Assembly: GCA_022571845.1 (NCBI GenBank)
Contig: JACZXB010000001.1
Span: forward strand, 459,037 to 523,036
Direction of reading: 5' to 3'
Source of the DNA: Candidatus Zixiibacteriota bacterium
Lineage (GTDB): Bacteria > Zixibacteria > MSB-5A5 > GN15 > FEB-12
DNA length: 64,000 nt
Position numbers and translations under genes: made by a program. How positions within the stretch are numbered: the first letter of the stretch is position 1; each line of letters starts with the position of its first letter. Positions 16,941-26,214 of this stretch are shown piece by piece. Under the pieces are notes generated by a model. The model did not search any database. It saw only the letters and a list, made by a program, of their open reading frames with translations, and was not told where the DNA came from.

Positions 16941-19763
16941 CTACAGTCCCATTGAGAAAGAATATCTAAGTGTATTTGACAACGCCGAGGAACTGTTGCT
17001 GGGAATGTATGAAAAATCAATACTGGTGTTAGGAAGCGGCTTTAGTCCTGCACCAAGGGTCAGACTCTTGACTTTACCTTCCTGGTCATAAATATAACCG
17101 CTTCTTATGGCAAAAATTCCAGCATACATAAATTCGGCGCCACCGTTAAAAACGGTCTCTTCAAGTTCCTGGCCAAGGTTTTTCAAATCGACACCTACCA
17201 GCAATTTATTCATTTCGGCGGTAATCAAAAAGCTATAATACTCACTTTGGATCAGCTTGTAGGCAAAACCTAATCCCAAATTCCTGGGAAGAGGATCTGA
17301 CTGATTAGCATCAATATAGGCCATCTGAGGACCAAGATTGGTGACTGCTAAACCTAATGTCAACCTGGAATTCATATGGTACATAAGCCCCAGGTCAATG
17401 GCAAATCCGCTTGATGTCCCTTTACCCTGTTCAATTCCGGCACCCTGTGGGGAAAGTTTGGAATAGATAAATTTGCCTGTAACCCCGAATGCCATTTTTT
17501 GAGTCAACGGAGCGCCGAATGATGCCGAAACTGCGAAATCAAATGAATCAAATTCACCAATAACAGTCGGACTTCCTTCGGTTCTGGCGAATTTTCCATA
17601 AGATATATAAGAGACACCGATTCCCAACGTTCCCCATCCTGCCACTGGGGTCACAGCCGAACCATACATATAGTACAAGTCATCAGCAAGTTCCGGCAGC
17701 CATTTGACATACATCACTGAAAAATCACTCTTGCCGTTTGCTTTGACGACAATTTTATTATCACTGGCAACCCAGAGCTCTTCACCAATTGAGCGAATGT
17801 CAATGGCGTTGGACCTGTCCATTCCTCTTAAGTTAGAGCGACGCCATTTTTCACCATCATAATCAATAAGCCCGTCTGATGTTGCAAAATACACTTTATT
17901 ATCACGACGGCTAATTTCGTTTACGGGGGAAGCAGCCGGGTTCTTAGGGAGTTTAACAATTGAACCGGATTCTACCATGTCTCCATCGATGCCGTTTACA
18001 ACAGCAAAGTTCGCTGCAGACATTTTGTAGGACGACTGGGCAGACTTGGATTCGATCAAAGCAGTGATAGATATTGCGCTGTCTATCCTGTTATTGCTGT
18101 AGCCGGGCATATTCCATTTGCCGCCATCAAAATAAACTACACCATATTCTGTACCGAGCCAGATATTGCCACGCTCTACCAGTATAGCGTTGACATCCCC
18201 TTTTACTTCGGCCAGATATGGTACCCGAATCTTTTCACCCGGCTTCAGAGAAAACGCCGGCTCTGGCACGGCTTCGATCTGCTCATCATTAGCAGCTACT
18301 GCGACAAATGTATCCTCGGTCGAGGCCATAGCTTCAGATCCATCGCTTGTCAGCTCTACTGCAACACCAGCAACACCGGCAGAATCTACTGACTCTTCTT
18401 CGGTCTGAATACTGTCTGGAGGAGCGTTCATCTCCCGCATAAGCTCAAGCAAACCTTTTCGTTCACCAAGCTCTTCGAATTTCTTTGATGCAACTGCCTG
18501 CCCTTGATTAGCTTCAATAAGTTTTGCAATATACATTTCATTTTCAGATGCAGTACCGTAAACACTGAACTTTTCGGCAATAGATTCAGGAGTGTCATCA
18601 ATTACCACAGTATATTCTCTGGTGTTGCGCCAGTTTACACCATTAAAATGATACAAATCATTATTTTGAACAATCCAGATATCACTAAAATCTGTTCCAC
18701 CGATTGCTGTCACATTGCCCGAGGGCAGCTGCTCACTTTTAACAACCGGCTTAAGCTTTGCACCTGAAAACTGCATCAAACCTTTATCTGTACCAACCAG
18801 AATATATCTGTCCATGCCATAGAGCGTATTAACAGTCGTAAAAGCAGCAGTGTCGTCGGCTTTCTGCAGCGGACGCCAGCGGCGGCCATCAAAAGCATAG
18901 ATATTTGCGGTGGTGGCAACCAGCAGAAGTTCTGTCGAAGCTGCGATATCAAATGGTTCTCCGTCCAGTACTGCCGAATAAGGTATACTTATCTCTTCCG
19001 GGATAAACCTGTTGCGCGATTTCTCTACGGCAAAACTCAGGCGATCCAGTTCCTGTTCAGAAAGCTGGCCATCTTTCATGCCTTTCTTAAAATTATCATC
19101 AATCTCTTTCACTTTTGACCAGTTTATCAATAGCCGGTCATAAACAGCTAACAGGCTGTCAAAATCATTCTGTAGTCTTTCACGAAACTTGTAACTTTCC
19201 GGTGCCGAAGCCAGCACAGAATCATGAAGGTTCTGCAAATACTCAAAAGTTTTTTTACTATTTATTGCTGCTACCTTCTTTACTATCTGGTCAAATTGTT
19301 CTCCGTCGGAAATATTGAAATAGCTTCTCACCTTGGAAACCAGCGTCTCATCTGTACGAGTTGAAAAAACTTCACCCAGATTCCAGTTTTTGTTATCGTA
19401 GCGCACCATTCCTTTGGGAGAAATAGCCCAGATATCATATGCTAAGTGACCGCTGCCGCCGCCTTCTTTCTTGAGAGCAGCCAGAGCTTTGATCGGCCTC
19501 AAATGAAAAGGTATGCTGGCTTCTTTCCAGGAATCGGCCAGAGGGTAACTTCCCAGCCCGGCCGGGTTCCAGTGGGTGGCCGTGGCATCATCGGCGATTG
19601 CCACATATGATTCGCCCAGAGCAGCCGGACGTGCACCGGGGGCAATGCGCAGAAACAGTACCGCTGCGTTTGATATTTCGGCTTTGGTTTCGCTCACGAT
19701 CACTATGGACAGGCAAAACGTCATCGCTAAAGTTAACATGATAAGTAATTTGAGTGGTTTCAT
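16941..19763 (-). CDS. porV: PorV-like outer-membrane barrel protein carrying a roughly 600-aa propeller-like insertion
   Basis: The N-terminal PorV signature AAVLFLRIAPGARPAALGESYVAIADDATATHWNPAGLG lies at about 19555-19672. The C-terminal 250 aa look like barrel strands (GFAIDLGLMY, LGLAVTNLGP, GGAEFMY, IRSGYIY, LRYSFSMGL). I chose the ATG at 19763 with GGAGA upstream. The track uses TTG 19775. Confidence 0.7.
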   Translation of the reverse strand: MKPLKLLIMLTLAMTFCLSIVIVSETKAEISNAAVLFLRIAPGARPAALGESYVAIADDATATHWNPAGLGSYPLADSWKEASIPFHLRPIKALAALKKEGGGSGHLAYDIWAISPKGMVRYDNKNWNLGEVFSTRTDETLVSKVRSYFNISDGEQFDQIVKKVAAINSKKTFEYLQNLHDSVLASAPESYKFRERLQNDFDSLLAVYDRLLINWSKVKEIDDNFKKGMKDGQLSEQELDRLSFAVEKSRNRFIPEEISIPYSAVLDGEPFDIAASTELLLVATTANIYAFDGRRWRPLQKADDTAAFTTVNTLYGMDRYILVGTDKGLMQFSGAKLKPVVKSEQLPSGNVTAIGGTDFSDIWIVQNNDLYHFNGVNWRNTREYTVVIDDTPESIAEKFSVYGTASENEMYIAKLIEANQGQAVASKKFEELGERKGLLELMREMNAPPDSIQTEEESVDSAGVAGVAVELTSDGSEAMASTEDTFVAVAANDEQIEAVPEPAFSLKPGEKIRVPYLAEVKGDVNAILVERGNIWLGTEYGVVYFDGGKWNMPGYSNNRIDSAISITALIESKSAQSSYKMSAANFAVVNGIDGDMVESGSIVKLPKNPAASPVNEISRRDNKVYFATSDGLIDYDGEKWRRSNLRGMDRSNAIDIRSIGEELWVASDNKIVVKANGKSDFSVMYVKWLPELADDLYYMYGSAVTPVAGWGTLGIGVSYISYGKFARTEGSPTVIGEFDSFDFAVSASFGAPLTQKMAFGVTGKFIYSKLSPQGAGIEQGKGTSSGFAIDLGLMYHMNSRLTLGLAVTNLGPQMAYIDANQSDPLPRNLGLGFAYKLIQSEYYSFLITAEMNKLLVGVDLKNLGQELEETVFNGGAEFMYAGIFAIRSGYIYDQEGKVKSLTLGAGLKPLPNTSIDFSYIPSNSSSALSNTLRYSFSMGL

Positions 19764-19775
19764 CGAGTTCTCCAA

Positions 19776-22700
19776 TTATTGATTAATAACTACAATTTTT
19801 CCGAATTCTTCAACCGCCTCGCCGATAGCCGGCTGTGCCGTTGCTTTGAAAATATAAACACCGGTTGCTACCCGGTCGCCATAGGCATCGCGCCCGTCCC
19901 AGACTATATCATCATAATAGGCGGCTGCCAGAGCAAAGCGCTGAAAACTATTTATTTTACGGCCTGAGAGAGTAAATATCTCAAGCGTTAATTTTTCCAC
20001 TGTCTGAGTCAAGGAATATGAAAAAATCGTCTTATCTACCATCGGATTGGGATAATTCAGAAGTTGCTGAATCGCGAGGAAAGAACTATTAACAATATCA
20101 ACGGTAAACGATACAGACGATGAATTATTGGCGTTATCCCAGGCTTTTATTTTGATACTATGAAGCCCCGGTTCAAGCTGCTCCAGTGTGTAGGACAATC
20201 TGCCGGTTGTGAAATCATCCTGATCAAAATTGAAAAGGGATGTCAAATTGATTGCCGAAGCTGCCTCGCCGTCAAATTCAATTGAAATTCCATGTCCTAA
20301 TCCGCCGGCTAAGTTTATCCCTGAAGGGTCGGAGAGCTCTATTTCCAGTATGTCCCCCGGACTGACCGAATTACCTGCGGGTATAAATGGCTTACCGGAG
20401 AAACTAAGACTGATATTTGGCCCCGTGCTGTCAGTCGAATTTGCCACTGTTGTGGCAACTGTGATTGAATCAATAATTCCCACAGCATCAATGGCGCCGA
20501 GCACAGCATACATGGAAACTTTTGCACCGCTGCCCCCATAGCCTATATCGAGCGGCGGAATAAAACTAAAATCATAGCTGCCGCCGGTGATTGAGGCAGT
20601 TCCCCGAAAAATTGTCGGACCGGCCGTTTTGTAATCTATTGTCTGTATCACGTTGCCGCTATTATTTACCAGCCTGTAGGTTTTATCTCTCTCAGAATCA
20701 AATACTGTGATCGTCAATTGTCCGTCTGCTGTAATAATATTACCGCCGGCATCTACTACTCTACCACTAATATTGGCCGGTCTTAAGGCCTCCAGAGAAT
20801 CGAGAGTGGAATCAACCGTGACATCGCTAGTTGGAATAGCCAGACGCAAAAAGGGATCACCAAAATACATATAATTGCGGTCATTCAAAACTGGTGACGG
20901 CGGACTAAATGTGGCGTATTGTCTCTTAACTTTGGCAGAATAAACAGCTTCACTCATGGTAAGTGAATCGTCGTACAACATAAAATCAAAGACTTCACGG
21001 TTAAAAGCTGCGTTGTCTGAAGAATAAACCAAACGGGTAGCTGAAATTACCGAGATAGCTCCGGCCTGCATGGCTATAAAATCTTCAGCCATGCCTTCAC
21101 GCTTGGGGTCATCAAAGAAGCCTATCGCGCAGGAAGCTGTAAACACAAGAGGCAATCTGTCGTAGTTGGTCATACGCGGCAGATCGGAAGTTCTTATTAG
21201 TACAAGTTCATGTGCCCAAAGCTCAGGGCTGCCGTGCCCAACATAGTTGAGAATCAGAGTCCCCTGATTAACTGAATTTACAATAGCGTCGTTAACTTCG
21301 GGCTTTGCCCCGTTCAATAGTGGATACTCCCACAAATAAATTTTCTCTTTATTAATATAATTGGGAACATGACTGTTCCCGAGTTCTTCCGATTGAGTCG
21401 TATGAAATGCTTCGTTATCAAAAGTACCAATCTCATCATCGGCGACCAGCGTAATATTAGTCCGCCAGCTTCCAAACGACTGCGGTGATTCGTAGGCGAT
21501 CAGCTTGGAAGTAATATTGGCAATCTCAGAACTTGTCCTGACCGGCCATCTGGAGGGAATCATATCAAAGCCCCTATCACGGGAAATAAAAGTGGTGTCG
21601 TAGGTGGTGTCGCTGTCAATCAGACCATACTCGCCAAAATAAACGTAGTTGTCATCGGACATAGTCTTATCAAACGGCAAGAGGTAGGCCGGTACAAAAT
21701 TCACTACGCCTGTGCCCAGTCTGTCTATGAAATCATAGTTGGCGTCTCCGACGAACAAAACATGCGCGGGCGCCGGTGAGGCGTAATTCTCATAAGCATA
21801 TTTTAAGAAATCTCTTATCGCGGTCGGGTCGTACAGACCAAAAGCAAAGTTATCCATAATGTCGCTTACTATGACAATTTTTATAGAACGTCCCTGAGCG
21901 CTTCGATAGCCGACATAACCGCTTAAAGCAGAAGCCAGTCCGGCTGTCGTTATTATTATCATATCGGTCTGAGAGCCGCTTACATAGAGGTCAGCAGGAG
22001 TTGATTTTGTGAAAGCAAAAGGCTGTCTTATTTCCCCTGTTGCAATTGCAAAAAACCGGTTTGCTGAGCCGGCAGCTAAGTTTGCTTCGAAAGACAATAA
22101 TCCGTTCTGTCTCTCGAAACCTGTTAATTTAAGCGGCTGGCCGGGGTTATCAAGATTATATAGCACGGGCTGAGACGTAAAATTGTCGATAATGTCTATA
22201 CGAACTCTGCCATTGTATGACGCAATAAAGGCATCAATCTTATTTCCTGACGGAGTCAGGAAGGCATCGTAGTCAATTTCCAAATAATCGAAATACGGGT
22301 CAGCTATTATGGCACCCCAGAGAGTCAAATCAAATTGGTTCAATCCGGCAACAAGGTTATTTGCCTGGTAGCTGCAGGAAAACTGATCGCATATCTTTGA
22401 CGATGCTGCCTGCCCATTCACAATCAAATCCATAAAACCAACTGCGTCCAGAATTCCGGTGGTATCGTAGGTGCGACCACCCAGGAATATGTTCGCGGTC
22501 TGGCCTGATACCCGGTCCGAAGTAGACACAAACAGAGTTAGACTATCACCAACAGCCCAGTACCAATTGTAATAATCGTCGGGTGCGCCATCAGAGAAAC
22601 GTCTTAGCAAATTATCCTGCTCTACCCTCAAATAGCGCCGGTAGCTGTTCATGGTATCAATTGCCGTGCCATTGGGGGTGACATCAACAGCAGAAATTCT

Positions 22701-23669
22701 CAGAGGTGATTCCGGAATAGACGATGAGACCGCTAACCAGTAAACATTTCTGTCGGTGTAAGTATTTTTGACATACCTTCCGCCGGCGCTGTCATACTCC
22801 CAGCGATTAACAGATTCACCATAGAATAAAATTCTGTCACCGGCATCAAAGCTGCCGTTGCTGTTGTTATCTTCAATCTCAATTGCTATCTGATCAAATG
22901 TTGGGCGAGGATTTTGAAGCAGCGGGTCAACGTGCCTGCCGCCCCCGTAGTACAAAAACAAATCAGCAGTAGGTATCGACTGCAAAAGCGAACCGGCAGC
23001 AGTCAGATCACTAAAACCCAGATAATAAATTGCATTGCTGTTAATTTCTATTTTATACCACTCGGCCGCATAAGAAAAGGGGGCAGCAATAGAGGCAGCC
23101 TTGGCCAGTAATCTTGGGGCAACAGTCCAGTTGCGACAGACCTGCCAATTAGCTATCGAGTTTGAGAAAATTCTTTCAAAAATTCGGTCATCAGGAGAAT
23201 TTCCTGTCTCAGCTCTGGCACCTTCAAAAACAACTTTGATTTCGACATTATTGAAAACAGAACCAGCCGAAACAGGCGAGACAACAACTGTCACAAATTG
23301 TCTGTGGCGCATCTCCCAGTTTTCAGAAAGCCTGGCCAGTGGGGCGACTGCTACAATGCGATTTTGGTCTGAGAGACTCAGCAAACTTTTGCTTATAGAA
23401 ACTTGTCCGCTTCCACTGACAGCTGCAAGTCTGGCGGTGGCGCCATAGGGAACGCCGATCTGAACAGCTCGACTTAAGTATAAAAGGGAATTTTCGCCTA
23501 CAAACTTATTGAGCTTACCCAAGCCGCCATCAAAATGCATCACAAAGTGAAATTCTTCAGAGGTTGAGCTGAGAACTGTTATTTCATTTATCGCAGCCAT
23601 CGAAAGAGAGTATCCCCATAGAATAGCTGGTAAAATAAGAAGTGGAAGTTTGTGAAAAACTTTTTTCAT
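19776..23669 (-). CDS. porU: PorU-like peptidase C25 (gingipain-fold) protein with a T9SS-type C-terminal domain
   Basis: The clan-CD dyad is present. NYVGHGS has its His codon at 21234-21236, and FTASCAIGFF has its Cys codon at 21129-21131. The CTD reads LLNYPNPM..GVYIFKA..KIVVINQ. It lies directly upstream of the PorV-like gene with no gap. Confidence 0.75.
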   Translation of the reverse strand: MKKVFHKLPLLILPAILWGYSLSMAAINEITVLSSTSEEFHFVMHFDGGLGKLNKFVGENSLLYLSRAVQIGVPYGATARLAAVSGSGQVSISKSLLSLSDQNRIVAVAPLARLSENWEMRHRQFVTVVVSPVSAGSVFNNVEIKVVFEGARAETGNSPDDRIFERIFSNSIANWQVCRNWTVAPRLLAKAASIAAPFSYAAEWYKIEINSNAIYYLGFSDLTAAGSLLQSIPTADLFLYYGGGRHVDPLLQNPRPTFDQIAIEIEDNNSNGSFDAGDRILFYGESVNRWEYDSAGGRYVKNTYTDRNVYWLAVSSSIPESPLRISAVDVTPNGTAIDTMNSYRRYLRVEQDNLLRRFSDGAPDDYYNWYWAVGDSLTLFVSTSDRVSGQTANIFLGGRTYDTTGILDAVGFMDLIVNGQAASSKICDQFSCSYQANNLVAGLNQFDLTLWGAIIADPYFDYLEIDYDAFLTPSGNKIDAFIASYNGRVRIDIIDNFTSQPVLYNLDNPGQPLKLTGFERQNGLLSFEANLAAGSANRFFAIATGEIRQPFAFTKSTPADLYVSGSQTDMIIITTAGLASALSGYVGYRSAQGRSIKIVIVSDIMDNFAFGLYDPTAIRDFLKYAYENYASPAPAHVLFVGDANYDFIDRLGTGVVNFVPAYLLPFDKTMSDDNYVYFGEYGLIDSDTTYDTTFISRDRGFDMIPSRWPVRTSSEIANITSKLIAYESPQSFGSWRTNITLVADDEIGTFDNEAFHTTQSEELGNSHVPNYINKEKIYLWEYPLLNGAKPEVNDAIVNSVNQGTLILNYVGHGSPELWAHELVLIRTSDLPRMTNYDRLPLVFTASCAIGFFDDPKREGMAEDFIAMQAGAISVISATRLVYSSDNAAFNREVFDFMLYDDSLTMSEAVYSAKVKRQYATFSPPSPVLNDRNYMYFGDPFLRLAIPTSDVTVDSTLDSLEALRPANISGRVVDAGGNIITADGQLTITVFDSERDKTYRLVNNSGNVIQTIDYKTAGPTIFRGTASITGGSYDFSFIPPLDIGYGGSGAKVSMYAVLGAIDAVGIIDSITVATTVANSTDSTGPNISLSFSGKPFIPAGNSVSPGDILEIELSDPSGINLAGGLGHGISIEFDGEAASAINLTSLFNFDQDDFTTGRLSYTLEQLEPGLHSIKIKAWDNANNSSSVSFTVDIVNSSFLAIQQLLNYPNPMVDKTIFSYSLTQTVEKLTLEIFTLSGRKINSFQRFALAAAYYDDIVWDGRDAYGDRVATGVYIFKATAQPAIGEAVEEFGKIVVINQ

Positions 23670-24077
23670 CAACCAGGCATAATTCCCGGCCAGGAAGCTT
23701 GCAGATATAAATCTACAGTTTCAGGGCCTTTTAGGCGTTTAATTTCAATCCAGCTCTATTTGAGCCATTTACACCAAAAAACACATTAACTGTAGAACTA
23801 TATATTTTCTCCTGTTTGCATTTTATAAACCGCTGTAATGTAGCAAGTTCCCTTAATTAAGTCAATATCATTGCAGGGTTTATTGTAATCTATCTATAGC
23901 AATACATCGGCCAATTATGCCTGACCTTTAGGATGTCATAATTAAGTACCTGTATTGCAACAACTTAGGTGCATTTGTGACAAAGGGGAAACACCGGCAA
24001 TATCTGCGATTCTTGAGAAAAAAGGCAGATTTTATGACAACCGTTGCACAAAAAGGAAGTCTAAAAGCACCGCCAGT

Positions 24078-24665
24078 TCAATTGTTGTAGGAACTCAGCC
24101 TGCGGTCAAGTTCCCCGCTTAATTGGTGCATTCTTCGCTCTGTATCTATTAGGACCTCCTCGTAAGTCTCAACATTATTATTTGGATAAAAGACGGCGCT
24201 ATGGCAATCGTAGTAGGCCCGGGCGAGCTGGTCGAAGAGATCCATAGTGCTCTGGTCATAATGCCTGCTATCACGAACGAGCCTTAGACCATATTCAAGG
24301 TTATCTTCGTAAGCTTTCAGAATTGGCTTTTCGGCGACCACCCAGCTGTTGACTACTTCGCGCATTTCGGAGGCATCCACCGGTTGCCCCCGGCCCTCGT
24401 TACCCTGCTGCCATTGGTCGACTATCTGGAAGCCGTAGCGGATGTACATCGCTGAAACCGAATCGATATGAGTTTTGACCAGCCCGGCCATTGTCGTCGG
24501 CGGTTTATTTCTTAGCTCTTCTGCCCAATTTGAGCGAATCCTGCCGGCACGTTGCTGGTTTGACTCGGTGGCTTCATCGACAGTTTGACCTGTTTCAATT
24601 TTCAGTCCGCAGGACGAAACCGCCAGCAAGAAACTCACCAAAATCAGAGCATATGATAATTTCAC
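24078..24665 (-). CDS. Lipoprotein, unknown function
   Basis: The signal plus lipobox reads LLAVSSC. It lies 5 nt downstream of the lyase gene. Confidence 0.6.
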   Translation of the reverse strand: MKLSYALILVSFLLAVSSCGLKIETGQTVDEATESNQQRAGRIRSNWAEELRNKPPTTMAGLVKTHIDSVSAMYIRYGFQIVDQWQQGNEGRGQPVDASEMREVVNSWVVAEKPILKAYEDNLEYGLRLVRDSRHYDQSTMDLFDQLARAYYDCHSAVFYPNNNVETYEEVLIDTERRMHQLSGELDRRLSSYNN

Positions 24666-24670
24666 TTCGA

Positions 24671-26077
24671 TTATCCCACCGGAGTCATGACAGATTCGAC
24701 CGGCTGTAAATCGCAGGTGAAATGGCGGAGTATTTCCGGAGCACGTTTTATCTTGTAACCTTTGAGATTTTCTTTGTTACTGACAATTTTCTCGGCAACT
24801 TCGGCAACATAATCAAAATGAGAATTGGTATAAACCCGACGAGGTAAAGCCAGCCGCACAAGTTCACGCAGGGCCATTGTATTTTCACCCGTATTCGGAT
24901 CAATCCCACCAAGCATCAGCGAACCAATCTCAGCAGAGCGAATCCCTCCCTCTCGGTAAAACTCAACTACCAAGGATTGCCCGGGAAACTGCTCGACCGG
25001 AATATGCGGCAGAAACTTTCCGGCATCGATAAAGACAGCGTTACCGCCGGTCGGCTCAATTATCGGCATTCCTTTTTCAATAAGCCTTTCACCAAAATAT
25101 CTGACCTGGTCAACCCGGAAATCAAGATAGTCGTAGTCCAGAACTTCTTCTAAGCCAACAGCTAAAATCTCCATATCTCTTCCGGCAAGACCTCCATAAG
25201 TTGGGAAACCCTCGATGATAACCATCAGTTCAGTAATTTTCTCGTACAATTTTTCGTCGTTGACAGCCAGAAATCCGCCGATATTCGCCAGTCCGTCCTT
25301 TTTGGCCGACATCAGAACTCCATCGCACTGTTCGAATAACTCCTGAGCAATTTCTTTGATCGGTTTCTGGGCATAACCTGACTCGTTCTTTTTGATGAAG
25401 AAACAGTTCTCGGCAAAACGGGCACTGTCGATAAAAAATGGCAGCTTCTGTCTGTAGCAGATTTCTGATACTTCTTTGATGTTTTTCATCGATACCGGCT
25501 GACCACCGACTGAGTTGTTGGTGATAGTCATCAGTACCAGCGGAATTTTATCGGCGCCATGCTCGGCAACAAACTGCTCAAACTTCTCGATATCCATATT
25601 CCCTTTGAAGGACAAAGGCTCAGCCGACATACTTTCTGCACAGGGAAAATCTACCGGTATGCCCTGCTTGTGCTGGGTATTTCCTTTGGTAGTGTCGAAA
25701 TGAGTGTTGTTCGGCACATACTTGCCCTTGGTATCTAAAACCGAAAAGAGTAAATTTTCGGCTGCTCTCCCCTGATGACAGGGAATGATAAATTCTTTTC
25801 GGAAAATATCTTTGACGACCCGCTCAAATTTTCTGAATGAAGTTGAGCCGGCGTATGATTCGTCACCTAACATCAGCGCCGCCCACTGCTGGGCCGACAT
25901 AGCGCTGGTGCCGGAATCTGTCAGCAGGTCGATATAGATATCCGCAGCATCTATCTTAAAGACATTATAATTTGCTTTGATTATTTTTTCTTCCCGTAAG
26001 TGACGGGGAAGTAGCTTGATTGGTTCGACCGACTTGATCCGATATGGCTCAGCCGGTTGACGTGTTCGTTTCATCAT
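24671..26077 (-). CDS. Beta-eliminating lyase of the tryptophanase/tyrosine phenol-lyase family
   Basis: It is colinear with TnaA/TPL over the full length, with motifs PAEPYRIKSVEP, IYIDLLTDSGTSAMS, HQGRAAENL, SAKKDGL (PLP lysine region), FPTYGGLAGRDME and LRHFT. Confidence 0.9.
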   Translation of the reverse strand: MMKRTRQPAEPYRIKSVEPIKLLPRHLREEKIIKANYNVFKIDAADIYIDLLTDSGTSAMSAQQWAALMLGDESYAGSTSFRKFERVVKDIFRKEFIIPCHQGRAAENLLFSVLDTKGKYVPNNTHFDTTKGNTQHKQGIPVDFPCAESMSAEPLSFKGNMDIEKFEQFVAEHGADKIPLVLMTITNNSVGGQPVSMKNIKEVSEICYRQKLPFFIDSARFAENCFFIKKNESGYAQKPIKEIAQELFEQCDGVLMSAKKDGLANIGGFLAVNDEKLYEKITELMVIIEGFPTYGGLAGRDMEILAVGLEEVLDYDYLDFRVDQVRYFGERLIEKGMPIIEPTGGNAVFIDAGKFLPHIPVEQFPGQSLVVEFYREGGIRSAEIGSLMLGGIDPNTGENTMALRELVRLALPRRVYTNSHFDYVAEVAEKIVSNKENLKGYKIKRAPEILRHFTCDLQPVESVMTPVG

Positions 26078-26214
26078 TGTCTCCTTTAAATTTTCGTTTA
26101 ACTATTTAGACGATCAAAAAAAGAAGGCAACTCAGGTGTAACTTTTTATCCTCCGGCGATGATAACCCAACCCCAGATGAAGCTGGCTTGACTCTGTGTT
26201 AAGATACTTTATCA

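Noticed and set aside
23673-24077. A 405-nt non-coding AT-rich region upstream of the PorU-like gene, considered as a possible ncRNA or mobile remnant.
   Set aside because: I found no convincing hairpins, repeats, promoter consensus or ORF. It is most simply a long promoter or leader region, and I have no basis for a specific call.
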